64,000 nt of DNA, from contig CACBOY010000003.1 in NCBI GenBank assembly GCA_902540995.1, positions 6,703 to 70,702 on the forward strand, given 5' to 3'. A model generated the notes under the pieces. That model ran no database searches. It saw only the letters and a list, made by a program, of their open reading frames with translations, and was not told the DNA's origin. This document shows positions 8,734 to 18,037 of the stretch, in pieces. Source of the DNA: an uncultured SAR86 cluster bacterium (lineage in GTDB: Bacteria; Pseudomonadota; Gammaproteobacteria; Magnimaribacterales; AG-339-G14). Position 1 is the first letter of the stretch; each line of letters begins with the position of its first letter. The translations under genes were made by a program, and so were the position numbers.

Positions 8734-9117
8734 TTATTGAACTCTGAAAGATAATTTAACTTGCACATCATTTACTTGGACAGGCACACCTTCATATATA
8801 GGCGGCTGATAAATCCACTTTCTGATAGATTTCATTGCTGCTCTATCGAAAAGTCCTGCAGGTTCTCCTTCTAAAACAAAAGGGTCTATGACATCACCGT
8901 CAGCGCTAACATCGAATTCAACGATTACGTAACCTTCTTTCGCAAGTCTCAAAGCTTTTCTTGGATAGCTTGCAGGTGCTTGATATTGTCTTTCAACATC
9001 CATTTCGATGTTTTTTCCGTCGACAGTAATAAAGCCCTTATCAGCATGTATTAAGGCACTAAGCCCTAAAAAAAGAATAGATAGAGACAATAATTTAATT
9101 CCTTTTTTAAATATCAT
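8734..9117 (-). CDS. secreted stand-alone TonB C-terminal-domain protein
   Basis: The preferred start is ATG 9117, with AGGAG 8 nt upstream. Translation from there gives the signal peptide MIFKKGIKLLSLSILFLGLSALIHA. The rest aligns with the C-terminal domain of the TonB encoded at 33526-34272 (YPRKALRLAKEGYV..DRAA..YQP). It has no proline-rich spacer and no N-terminal energy-coupling helix. Confidence 0.7.
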   Translation of the reverse strand: MIFKKGIKLLSLSILFLGLSALIHADKGFITVDGKNIEMDVERQYQAPASYPRKALRLAKEGYVIVEFDVSADGDVIDPFVLEGEPAGLFDRAAMKSIRKWIYQPPIYEGVPVQVNDVQVKLSFRVQ

Positions 9118-9178
9118 TTTTAAATCTCCTAAGATTTGAAGTATTATAAACAAAAAACTCCATAAATCATCTCACTTA

Positions 9179-9577
9179 ATGCCTGAAAACATAGAATCAT
9201 TGCTCTTAAACCAAAGATATTGGGACATATTTGCTGTTGCCAGAAACTCTTCAATTGATGAAGCATGCAGAATAATGGACAAAAATAGAATTGGAGCTCT
9301 ATTGGTTTATTGTTCTGACACAAATGACCCACAAGATCTTGAAGGTATCGTTACAGAAAGAGATGTAATCGAACTTATTTCCAGAAAAGGTAAAGAAGCT
9401 TTAAATAACGAGGTCAAGGAAATAATGTCTAAAAATATCATTAGTGTCACACCGCAATGTACAAAGCTAGAGGCTCTTGACCTAATGATGGAAAATCAGA
9501 TTCGCCACCTTGCGGTTATGGATGATGAAAAACTCGTTGGAGTTCTTTCCATGCGCGATCTAATCAAGCAACTTTAA
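9179..9577 (+). CDS. CBS-domain pair protein
   Basis: 132 aa with two CBS repeats (IGALLV...GIVTERDV and IRHLAVMDDEKLVGVLSMRDL). Confidence 0.8.
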   Translation: MPENIESLLLNQRYWDIFAVARNSSIDEACRIMDKNRIGALLVYCSDTNDPQDLEGIVTERDVIELISRKGKEALNNEVKEIMSKNIISVTPQCTKLEALDLMMENQIRHLAVMDDEKLVGVLSMRDLIKQL

Positions 9578-11132
9578 GTTCTTTTTTTGAAATTACTGAA
9601 GAAGCTCCGCTTCTGATTTTATCTGGGAAATCTATGTTGTAGTGAAGACCTCTGCTTTCTTTTCTCAAAATAGCACTTTCTATGATCAATCTCGCCACAA
9701 GAACCAAATTTCTCAACTCAATAAAATCTGAATTCAACTCAAAGTTTTTATAAAAACTTTCTACTTCATTTTGAATGATTTTTATTTTTTCTTTAGCTTT
9801 TAAGAGTCGATCATTTGATCTGACAACGCCAACATAGTCCCACATCAATCTTCTCGTTTCATCCCAATTATGAGAGATAAGAACATTCTCTCCCGATCTG
9901 ATAACTTTTGAGGAATCCCAGTCCTTAAGTTTTTTCTTATTTACATTGAAATTCTTTTCAATGTGCAAAGCTGCAGACTTTGCAAACACAACACATTCCA
10001 ATAGAGAGTTGCTTGCCATTCTGTTGGCACCATGTAGCCCAGTACATGCTGTTTCTCCAATAGCATAGAGATTCTTTATATTTGTCTCACCTGACAAGCC
10101 CGTCTTAACACCGCCACATGAGTAGTGCGCTGCGGGAACAATGGGTATTTTGTCCTTTGTGATATCAAATCCGTAACTCAAACATTTTTTATGAATTGCC
10201 GGAAAAGATTTTAAAATCATATTCTTTGGCTTGTGGCTAATATCAAGAAACATAAAGTCTTTGCCTGTTTTTTTCATTTCTTCGTCTATGGATCTAGCTA
10301 CCACATCTCGTGGAGCTAACTCATTTTTTTTGTGATACTTTTTCATGAATCTTTCGTTTTCATGATTAAGTAAATAAGCACCTTCGCCTCTCAGAGCTTC
10401 ACTAATTAAAAAAGATTTTGCTTCTGGATGATAAAGACAAGTTGGGTGAAACTGATTAAATTCCATATTAGACAATTCACACCCTGCTCGCCAAGCCAGT
10501 GCCATACCATCACCACTGGTTCCATCTGGATTGCTAGTATATAAATAAACCTTACTCGCTCCTCCAGATGCCAGAATTGTTGCACTTGATTTGAAAGTTA
10601 CTACTTCTTCTTTTTTCTTATCGAATACGTAAGCTCCCAGACAAGACCGATTGCCTGTTATCAAATCAACGGCAAGATGATTTTCATAAATTTTTATGTT
10701 TTTAATTTTCCTTGCTCTCGCTATTAAAGAATTTGATACTTCTTTCCCAGTGGTGTCTTTAGAGTGCGCAACACGCCTTTTTGAATGCCCGCCTTCTTGA
10801 GTGAGATGCAATTTTTCTCCATTTTGCGTCATTGTAAAGTTAACGCCCATCTCAATAAGCCAATCAATTGCTGACTTACTATTTTTTACGCAGTGGGCAA
10901 CAGCATCCTTATCACAAATTCCATCTCCAACCTCCAAAGTATCAGCAATATGCTCTTCGACTGTATCTTTTTCTCCCATGACTGCGGCTATCCCACCTTG
11001 GGCATACCAAGTAGAGCTATCAACAATGGTTTCTTTTGAAATAACAGATACCTTATGCTTCTGACTAAGCTCAATTGCTGCTGTTAACCCAGCAGCACCA
11101 CCACCAATTATTAAAACTTCGGTATCAATCAT
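9564..11132 (-). CDS. nadB: L-aspartate oxidase
   Basis: 522 aa. It has the FAD dinucleotide fold VLIIGGGAAGLTAA and the motifs AQGGIAA, HYSCGG and GLHGANRMASNSLLE. Length is typical of NadB. Confidence 0.9.
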   Translation of the reverse strand: MIDTEVLIIGGGAAGLTAAIELSQKHKVSVISKETIVDSSTWYAQGGIAAVMGEKDTVEEHIADTLEVGDGICDKDAVAHCVKNSKSAIDWLIEMGVNFTMTQNGEKLHLTQEGGHSKRRVAHSKDTTGKEVSNSLIARARKIKNIKIYENHLAVDLITGNRSCLGAYVFDKKKEEVVTFKSSATILASGGASKVYLYTSNPDGTSGDGMALAWRAGCELSNMEFNQFHPTCLYHPEAKSFLISEALRGEGAYLLNHENERFMKKYHKKNELAPRDVVARSIDEEMKKTGKDFMFLDISHKPKNMILKSFPAIHKKCLSYGFDITKDKIPIVPAAHYSCGGVKTGLSGETNIKNLYAIGETACTGLHGANRMASNSLLECVVFAKSAALHIEKNFNVNKKKLKDWDSSKVIRSGENVLISHNWDETRRLMWDYVGVVRSNDRLLKAKEKIKIIQNEVESFYKNFELNSDFIELRNLVLVARLIIESAILRKESRGLHYNIDFPDKIRSGASSVISKKELKVA

Positions 11133-11142
11133 TAAAATTATT

Positions 11143-11376
11143 CTAGGCGAAAGTTCTGATCAAAAACGCTATACCTAACGCCAAAAAAAGAATAAGCAGA
11201 AAGTATTTTAGAAAATCATATCTTCTGTTAGACCAATCGATCCGATTTTCTCTATTTAGTTGTTTTTCTGATGCTCTAAAGCGACCAAAAAAAAAGAATA
11301 CTGCAAGGGAGACAATCGTTAGGAGCAAAAAAAAGATATTTGTCAGTGACACGCTATCTGCTTCTGAGCTTTGCAA
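11143..11376 (-). CDS. hypothetical small two-TM membrane protein
   Basis: 77 aa with two hydrophobic helices. It overlaps the 3' end of the upstream gene by 23 nt. I recognise no family. Confidence 0.35.
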   Translation of the reverse strand: MQSSEADSVSLTNIFFLLLTIVSLAVFFFFGRFRASEKQLNRENRIDWSNRRYDFLKYFLLILFLALGIAFLIRTFA

Positions 11377-12112
11377 GCAGTCTAAGCATTTCCAAGTAAA
11401 GCCAAATCAGGGTAACCATTAAGGCAAAAGCACCAAACCATTCCATATATTTTGGAGCATTTTTTTCAGATCCTTCTTCAATGAAGTCAAAGTCTAGAAC
11501 CAAATTCAAAGCCGCAATACCCACAACAAAAAGGCTAAATCCAATACCAAAAATACCATTGTCATGAATAAAACCGATACCTGTTCCAAACATACTCATA
11601 ATGAAGCTAACCACATAGAGCAATGCGATCCCCATAGTGGCTGAAACTACCATCAGTCTGAAATTCTCTGTAGGCTTTATAACTCCTGTTTTATAAAGTA
11701 CCAATAAAGAAGCCAAAGTGCCAAAAGTTAGGCCAGTTGCTTGAATCACAATTCCTGGATACTGACTTTCAAAAATGGCGGAAATTCCACCTAAAAAGAG
11801 ACCTTCCAATATGGCATAAATGGGTGCGGTATACATCGCCCAGTTTTTTTTGAAAATGGTTACAAGAGCAAAAATCATACCCCCGAAAAGTCCAATTGGC
11901 ATCAATGCTCCGGGACTGCCAGTTACAAAATAAACATTCCAAGTATAGGCGGCACTTAAAACTACAAGAGCTAAAAGAATACCAACCTTGTTAACAGTAC
12001 CCTGTAAAGTCATGGTTTTTTGATCTACGTTTTCAAAATCAGCAAAAGTCGCATCACTCAATGTAGGATTCCCAGACCTGCCGAACATGTCCAAAGCTTT
12101 ATGTTTACTCAT
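11354..12112 (-). CDS. Bax inhibitor-1 / YccA family membrane protein
   Basis: 252 aa with about 7 TM helices. The charged C-terminal tail (LRLLAKLRSR) and overall layout match the BI-1/YccA family. Confidence 0.75.
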   Translation of the reverse strand: MSKHKALDMFGRSGNPTLSDATFADFENVDQKTMTLQGTVNKVGILLALVVLSAAYTWNVYFVTGSPGALMPIGLFGGMIFALVTIFKKNWAMYTAPIYAILEGLFLGGISAIFESQYPGIVIQATGLTFGTLASLLVLYKTGVIKPTENFRLMVVSATMGIALLYVVSFIMSMFGTGIGFIHDNGIFGIGFSLFVVGIAALNLVLDFDFIEEGSEKNAPKYMEWFGAFALMVTLIWLYLEMLRLLAKLRSR

Positions 12113-12203
12113 GGGTTAATTTTAACTTGAAATATAAAAAATTGAATAGCTTAACTTTCCGAGATAGTTTTTAATTTTTTGATTACAATCATACAAAAGA
12201 ATT

Positions 12204-12530
12204 ATGGTTTTGCCTTACGCCTTTCTCTTTTTAGCAATTATTTTAGAAGTTGTTGGCACTCTTTTTTTAAGAGATACAGAAGGCTTCACAAAAATGATTC
12301 CCAACCTTGTTGTTGTCTTTAGCTATGCTGCAAGTTTCTATTTTTTATCTTTAACTTTTCAACATATTTCGGTTTCAGTTGCTTATGCAATTTGGTCTGG
12401 AGTAGGAATTGTCTTAATAGCAATTTTGGGAGCAATCAAATATCAAGAGTTTCCGTCTTTGCTGGTTTCTTTTGGAATTCTTTTGATAGTAACTGGCGTT
12501 ATTTTAGTTTTAGCTAATACCGTAAATTAA
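12204..12530 (+). CDS. small multidrug resistance (SMR) family transporter
   Basis: 108 aa with 4 TM helices and a conserved membrane-embedded Glu in TM1 (AIILEVVGT). Confidence 0.8.
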   Translation: MVLPYAFLFLAIILEVVGTLFLRDTEGFTKMIPNLVVVFSYAASFYFLSLTFQHISVSVAYAIWSGVGIVLIAILGAIKYQEFPSLLVSFGILLIVTGVILVLANTVN

Positions 12531-13111
12531 GGTATCAACCAGTTCTTTTTTACATCATTATTAACCCATTCAAAGATTGCTCTTCTATGACCTGCTCTTT
12601 TTAAATATAGGATTTCTAGGCTTTGAAAGGTAAAAAGATTTACTGCAAAATTTTCATAACCCATTTCCCTATCAATTTGGTTTTTATCAATATCAAACTC
12701 AACAGGATTGTCTATCTTTTTGCTGGGAGAGTCTTTTACCGAGTAGCATTCTTTGGACATTTCTCTAGTATTTTCCCATGCCTTTTCAGTTACGGAATCT
12801 TGATGATGAACTTCAATACTTCCTTTTAATCTAATCTGAATTTTTTCCTCTTGATCATAAGCATGAACCGTAGCAGTTTTATTTTTTTTGATTTGAGAAA
12901 TTTTTGGCGACCTTTGATCGGTATGAAACCTTAAAACTCTTTCTTGTTCATTAAAATCCCTGAGTACAACAGTTCTTGCTGATATATCTTGACCTTCAAA
13001 AGTACAAACTGTTGGCGTATGAAAGTAACTTTTAGCATCATCAACTCCGTTAGATAAAGTCAAAAAAGCTTTTTCAAGCATTGTGTCTAAAGAATTTTCA
13101 AAATCTTTCAT
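12527..13111 (-). CDS. pyridoxamine 5'-phosphate oxidase-family FMN-binding protein
   Basis: 194 aa. The split-barrel pattern is (A)RTVVLRDF...LRFHTD.RS.K..QI and W....R, as in PNPOx-like proteins. Confidence 0.6.
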   Translation of the reverse strand: MKDFENSLDTMLEKAFLTLSNGVDDAKSYFHTPTVCTFEGQDISARTVVLRDFNEQERVLRFHTDQRSPKISQIKKNKTATVHAYDQEEKIQIRLKGSIEVHHQDSVTEKAWENTREMSKECYSVKDSPSKKIDNPVEFDIDKNQIDREMGYENFAVNLFTFQSLEILYLKRAGHRRAIFEWVNNDVKKNWLIP

Positions 13112-13158
13112 AAATGTTATTAATATAAAGAATCTACTTTAGCTTAAAATAAAAATAT

Positions 13159-15324
13159 ATGGATGTATCTTATATATTGGATGATCTAAATTCTCCTCAG
13201 AGAGAAGCTGTGTCAGACGAATCTCAGTTCTCTTTGATTCTAGCAGGAGCTGGTTCAGGAAAAACCCGAGTTATCACGCATAAGGTTGCTTGGTTGTGTA
13301 AGGTTCACAACGTAAATCCCATGTCTTTATTAACTGTTACCTTCACCAATAAAGCAGCAAAAGAAATGAGAGGCCGAATAGAAAACATTCTTGGCGAACA
13401 ACTTAATCAGATGTGGTGTGGCACTTTTCACTCTTTATTTCATAGGATGTTAAGAAGACATTGGGAAGAAGCTAGCTTGCCAAAAAGCTTTTCTATTTTA
13501 GATTCGGAAGATCAGAATAGAGTGATAAAGAGAGTCATAAAATCTCTAGAATTAGATGATGCAACCTGGCAGCCCTCACAGGCACAATGGTTTATTAACA
13601 ATCAAAAAGAAGAAGGCAGAAGAAAAGCAAAAATAAAGTCTAGTGCTTCTTTTGTTGAAGAAAAAATGGTCGACATCATGAATGAGTACCAAAAAGTTTG
13701 TGACCAAGAGGGATTGGTTGACTTTGCTGAAATCCTTTTAAGGTCTTTCGAACTGCTATCCAATAACAAAGCAATTTTAGAGCACTATCAGAATAGGTTT
13801 GAACATATTTTGGTTGATGAATTTCAAGATACCAATGAAATTCAATATCTTTTATTAAAAAAACTCTTAGGTAAAAAAAGTTTTATGACAGTTGTTGGAG
13901 ATGATGATCAATCAATTTACAGCTGGAGAGGGGCAAAAAGCGCAAACATCAAAAGGTTTCAAAAAGATTTTAAGAAAGTGAAAACTATTAAGCTCGAGCA
14001 AAACTATAGATCCACAAAAAATATTCTTTCCTCTGCTAATGCAGTTATTGCAAATAATCCCGAAAGATTAGGCAAAAAACTTTGGTCGGAGAACAAAGAA
14101 GGCGAGCCTTTAAAAATTTACCGCGCTTTCAACGAAAGAGACGAGGCAAGTTTTATTGTCGACATCATAAAAAACTGGATCGACGAGGGAAGGTCTCTTA
14201 ATGACGTAGCAATTTTGTACAGATCAAATGCCCAATCCCGTGTTTTGGAGGATAGTATTTTGCGGTCTGAGTTGCCCTATAGAATTTATGGCGGCGTAAG
14301 GTTCTATGAAAGAATGGAGATTAAAAACGCCCTGAGTTACTCAAAATTACTCGTAGATTTTGATAATGACGCAGCTTTTGAGCGAATAGTAAATGTACCT
14401 ACAAGAGGCATTGGTGCAAAAACCTTAGACAGCGTTCGAGAGCATGCCAGAGCTGAAAACATATCCTTATGGAAAGCAGCAGAATCTATTTCTAAAGACA
14501 ATTTAAAGAAATCTTCTAGAGCCTTATCTCATTTCATCGAAACAGTTTCTCAGCTAAAAACTAATACTGAAAACAAAGGTCTTGGAGAAATTTTTGATGA
14601 AATTATCAACATAACTGGTTTGAAAGATTTTCACGCAAAAGAACCTGGGGAAAAAGGCAGATCAAGAAAAGAGAATTTAGAGGAACTTGTTTCTGCAGCA
14701 TCTAGTTTCAATCCCATAGGTGAAGACGCTGATGACGATAGAAACGAATTGGAGATATTTCTTGACCAGGCTTCTTTAGATGCAGGCGAAAATCAAGCAG
14801 ATATTGACGAAGATGCAATACAAATGATGACTCTCCATTCAGCTAAGGGTTTAGAATTCCCACTGGTATTTATGACTGGATGCGAAGAAGGTTTATTCCC
14901 TCACAAAAGATCTTTGGAAGACCCAAGGCAATTGGCAGAAGAAAGAAGGCTCTGTTACGTTGGTATCACTAGAGCAATGGAAAGACTTTATTTAACCTAT
15001 GCAGAAGTAAGAAACATGTATGGGATGGAAAGTTTCAGTCCGATATCTAGATTCTTAAAAGAAATTCCTGATGAGTTGAAGTATGAGATAAGAATGTCAT
15101 CAGAAACACCAAGTTCAAAAGGCTTCGTCCCCAAAATTGTTGGTGGTACTCAGTTTAAAGGCGAAGAGTTTTCTTTGGGTGACTTGGTAACGCACGATGT
15201 ATTTGGCGAAGGAATCATTCTTAACTATGAAGGAGAGGGTGCCAATGCTAGAGTTGAAGTTAATTTCACCAAAGAAGGAATAAAATGGCTGGTTTTAAGT
15301 TTCGCAAATTTAAAAAAAGTTTAG
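13159..15324 (+). CDS. uvrD: DNA helicase II (UvrD)
   Basis: 721 aa. SF1 helicase motifs are AGAGSGKT, TFHS, DEFQDTN, VVGDDDQSIYSWRGA, QNYRS, TLHSAKGLEF and VGITRA. The UvrD-type C-terminal tail is also present. Confidence 0.9.
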   Translation: MDVSYILDDLNSPQREAVSDESQFSLILAGAGSGKTRVITHKVAWLCKVHNVNPMSLLTVTFTNKAAKEMRGRIENILGEQLNQMWCGTFHSLFHRMLRRHWEEASLPKSFSILDSEDQNRVIKRVIKSLELDDATWQPSQAQWFINNQKEEGRRKAKIKSSASFVEEKMVDIMNEYQKVCDQEGLVDFAEILLRSFELLSNNKAILEHYQNRFEHILVDEFQDTNEIQYLLLKKLLGKKSFMTVVGDDDQSIYSWRGAKSANIKRFQKDFKKVKTIKLEQNYRSTKNILSSANAVIANNPERLGKKLWSENKEGEPLKIYRAFNERDEASFIVDIIKNWIDEGRSLNDVAILYRSNAQSRVLEDSILRSELPYRIYGGVRFYERMEIKNALSYSKLLVDFDNDAAFERIVNVPTRGIGAKTLDSVREHARAENISLWKAAESISKDNLKKSSRALSHFIETVSQLKTNTENKGLGEIFDEIINITGLKDFHAKEPGEKGRSRKENLEELVSAASSFNPIGEDADDDRNELEIFLDQASLDAGENQADIDEDAIQMMTLHSAKGLEFPLVFMTGCEEGLFPHKRSLEDPRQLAEERRLCYVGITRAMERLYLTYAEVRNMYGMESFSPISRFLKEIPDELKYEIRMSSETPSSKGFVPKIVGGTQFKGEEFSLGDLVTHDVFGEGIILNYEGEGANARVEVNFTKEGIKWLVLSFANLKKV

Positions 15325-16394
15325 TTTTACTTTTTGTATTAACTTTCTTCATTGCATGTGAGCAAGAAGAAGCAAATACTGCATTTAAAGAATCCGAAAA
15401 GACATTTACTTGGCGAATGGTAACTACTTGGCCCAAAAATTACCCTGGGGTCGGCTTAGGAGCTGAGAATCTTTCCAAATTAGTAAACAAAATGTCAGCA
15501 GGCAGACTGAAAATAAAAGTTTATGGCAGTGGAGAGCTCGTTCCTGCTTTAGAGGTTTTTGATGCGGTTTCTAGAGGCACAGTTGAGATCGGTCATGGAG
15601 CATCTTATTACTGGATTGGCAAAGCTCCTTCGGCACAATTTTTTACTGCTTTGCCCTTTGGCTTAAACGCTCAAGAGATGAATGCTTGGCTCCATTATGG
15701 AGGTGGCTTAGAGCTTTGGGAGGAAGCTTATGATAAATTTAATTTGATTCCTCTGGCAGGCGGTAATACTGGTGTGCAAATGGCAGGCTGGTTTAATAAA
15801 GAAATAAATTCTCTAGAGGATATCAAAGGAACCAGAATGAGAATTCCTGGCTTGGCTGGAAAAGTTTGGACAGAGGCAGGTGGGGAAGCAGTCTTAATGC
15901 CAGGCAGCGAAATCTTTACGAATCTCCAAACAGGAGTTATAGATGCTGCAGAATGGATTGGGCCATATAATGACCAGACCTTTGGATTACACCAAGCAGC
16001 AAAATATTATTACTATCCAGGGTGGCATGAACCGGGTCCAACTTTAGAAGTAATTATCAATAAAGAAGCTTTCGCTTCTTTACCTTCTGATCTTCAAGAA
16101 ATAGTAAGAACTGCAAGCAGGGCAGTGAATCAGGATATGTTGGATGAATACACTGCTAGGAATAATCAAGCTTTGGAAACACTGGTAAATACTCACGGGG
16201 TGATACTAAAAAGACTTCCTGACGATGTTTTGAAAAAATTCAAAGAAATTACTTCTAAACTTTTGAAAGAGTTGATTGCTGAAGATTCTTTATCCAAAAG
16301 GATATTTGAGTCTCAAGAAAATTTCAAAAAGAATGTTTCCGAGTATCACAAAATTTCAGAAAAAGCAGTGTATGAAATGAGGGAGCTAAACTAA
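15285..16394 (+). CDS. TRAP transporter solute-binding protein (DctP family)
   Basis: 369 aa with a signal or lipoprotein-like N-terminus (LVLLFVLTFFIAC). The DctP-family pattern is TWRMVTTWPKN and GHGASYYW. The only start that precedes the signal peptide overlaps uvrD by 40 nt. Confidence 0.8.
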   Translation: MAGFKFRKFKKSLVLLFVLTFFIACEQEEANTAFKESEKTFTWRMVTTWPKNYPGVGLGAENLSKLVNKMSAGRLKIKVYGSGELVPALEVFDAVSRGTVEIGHGASYYWIGKAPSAQFFTALPFGLNAQEMNAWLHYGGGLELWEEAYDKFNLIPLAGGNTGVQMAGWFNKEINSLEDIKGTRMRIPGLAGKVWTEAGGEAVLMPGSEIFTNLQTGVIDAAEWIGPYNDQTFGLHQAAKYYYYPGWHEPGPTLEVIINKEAFASLPSDLQEIVRTASRAVNQDMLDEYTARNNQALETLVNTHGVILKRLPDDVLKKFKEITSKLLKELIAEDSLSKRIFESQENFKKNVSEYHKISEKAVYEMRELN

Positions 16395-16678
16395 CTGTAT
16401 TTTCTTACCAACCAAATACCTATCGAGGTTGAAACAAAATATCTGATAAAGAAAATAAGTGCTGCTGGCCAGGTATAAATAATTCCCACCCACCAATCAA
16501 AAAATTCGCTCCAAGTTTTAATCCAATTGAATAAATACAAGGCTATTTGCAGATATTCAGAAAAATACATCTCAACGGTAATTGGACTCACAAACAGAGA
16601 ATGAACAAAAAATATAACTAACAAAAAATCTCCCCATAAGAAGAAATATCCCAAGTTAACAAGATGTTTGTTATTCAT
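16391..16678 (-). CDS. hypothetical Trp-rich small membrane protein directly downstream of dctM
   Basis: 95 aa with about 3 TM helices. Its ATG directly abuts the dctM TAA stop, in the same frame. I recognise no family. Confidence 0.4.
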   Translation of the reverse strand: MNNKHLVNLGYFFLWGDFLLVIFFVHSLFVSPITVEMYFSEYLQIALYLFNWIKTWSEFFDWWVGIIYTWPAALIFFIRYFVSTSIGIWLVRKYS

Positions 16679-18037
16679 TTAATATAAATAACTTGGTAAA
16701 AAAGTTACGATTGTTGGAAAAATAGCTAATAAAATTAAAAGACCCAGTTGGATTATTATAAATGGTATCACTCCTTTATATAGAGAAATTGTTTTGATGT
16801 TTTCTGGTGCAACACCTCTCAGATAAAATAAAGCAAAACCAAATGGTGGAGTTAAGAAAGAAGTTTGTAAATTGATTGCAATCATAATACCAAGCCAAAT
16901 TGGATCTGCTCCCATTGCCATCAACACTGGCCCTACAATTGGCACTATGACAAAACTTATTTCGATGAAATCCAGGATAAAACCTAACAGAAAGATTAAA
17001 ACCATAACTAAAATCATGGAACCGAAAAGGCCTCCTGGAATAGAGTTAAATATTTGCTCAATGAGTTCTTCTCCTCCCAAACCTCTAAAAACCAAAGAAA
17101 AAACAGAAGCACCTATTAAAATGATGAAAACCATAGAAGTTATGGCGGCTGATTGTTTTACAGTTTCAGCTAAAGCTTGAAAATTTAATTTATTATTTAG
17201 CATTGCAATCAGAATTGCTCCCAAAGCGCCCAAACCGGATGCCTCTGTTGGCGAAGCAATTCCAAAAATAATGCTCCCCAAAACAGTTATGATCAAAATA
17301 AAAGGCGGGGCAATGACTTTTATTAAATCAATAGCTTTTATTGAGCTTTCTACATCATTTGAGATAAGTTCCAAGTTTCTTGATTTGAAAAGAAAATAAA
17401 TTGCATAAAAACACAGCAACATTAATCCTGGAACTATAGCTGCCAAGAATAGATCCCCCACCGAAATTGTTTTGGCTGTAAAAATTCCCTGACTAAGCTG
17501 TGATTGTTGATAGGCTGAAGACAACACATCTCCTAAAATAACCAAGGCAATAGAAGGAGGGATGATTTGTCCCAAAGTACCGGTAGCAGAAATTAAACCA
17601 GTAGAAAGATCGTGTGGATATCCTTGTTTTAAAAATGCGGGTAAAGAAATCAAACCCATCGCAATAACTGTAGCTCCAACAATGCCTGTACTGGCTGCAA
17701 GTAAAGCTCCAACAAAAATTACCGAAAGACCAAGACCACCTCTAAAACCAGAAAAAAAGTCGGACATTTTAAGCAGAAGTTCTTCTGCAACTTTCGATTT
17801 TTCCAGTAATACTCCCATAAAAATAAACAAAGGAACTGCTATCAAAGTAGAATTTGTCATCACGCCGAAAATCCTATTTGGTAGAGTTTCTAAAAGAAAC
17901 AAATCAAAAACACCAAAAAAACTTGTTATCAAAGCAAAAATTATTGAAACCCCAGCCAAAGTAAAAGCAACAGGGAAACCAAAAAGTAAAAAGATACAAA
18001 CCAAGGTAAAAAGGATTAGTGGCAAAAAATCAATCAT
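16679..18037 (-). CDS. dctM: TRAP transporter large permease (DctM)
   Basis: 452-aa polytopic membrane protein with DctM-like length and helix pattern. It overlaps the dctQ-like gene by 8 nt. Confidence 0.85.
   Translation of the reverse strand: MIDFLPLILFTLVCIFLLFGFPVAFTLAGVSIIFALITSFFGVFDLFLLETLPNRIFGVMTNSTLIAVPLFIFMGVLLEKSKVAEELLLKMSDFFSGFRGGLGLSVIFVGALLAASTGIVGATVIAMGLISLPAFLKQGYPHDLSTGLISATGTLGQIIPPSIALVILGDVLSSAYQQSQLSQGIFTAKTISVGDLFLAAIVPGLMLLCFYAIYFLFKSRNLELISNDVESSIKAIDLIKVIAPPFILIITVLGSIIFGIASPTEASGLGALGAILIAMLNNKLNFQALAETVKQSAAITSMVFIILIGASVFSLVFRGLGGEELIEQIFNSIPGGLFGSMILVMVLIFLLGFILDFIEISFVIVPIVGPVLMAMGADPIWLGIMIAINLQTSFLTPPFGFALFYLRGVAPENIKTISLYKGVIPFIIIQLGLLILLAIFPTIVTFLPSYLY

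Noticed and set aside
12113-12203. Possible guanidine-type riboswitch upstream of the SMR transporter gene.
   Set aside because: The 91-nt leader is almost pure A/T. It has no paired hairpins with ACGR loops (mini-ykkC) and none of the GC-rich conserved cores of ykkC-type elements.
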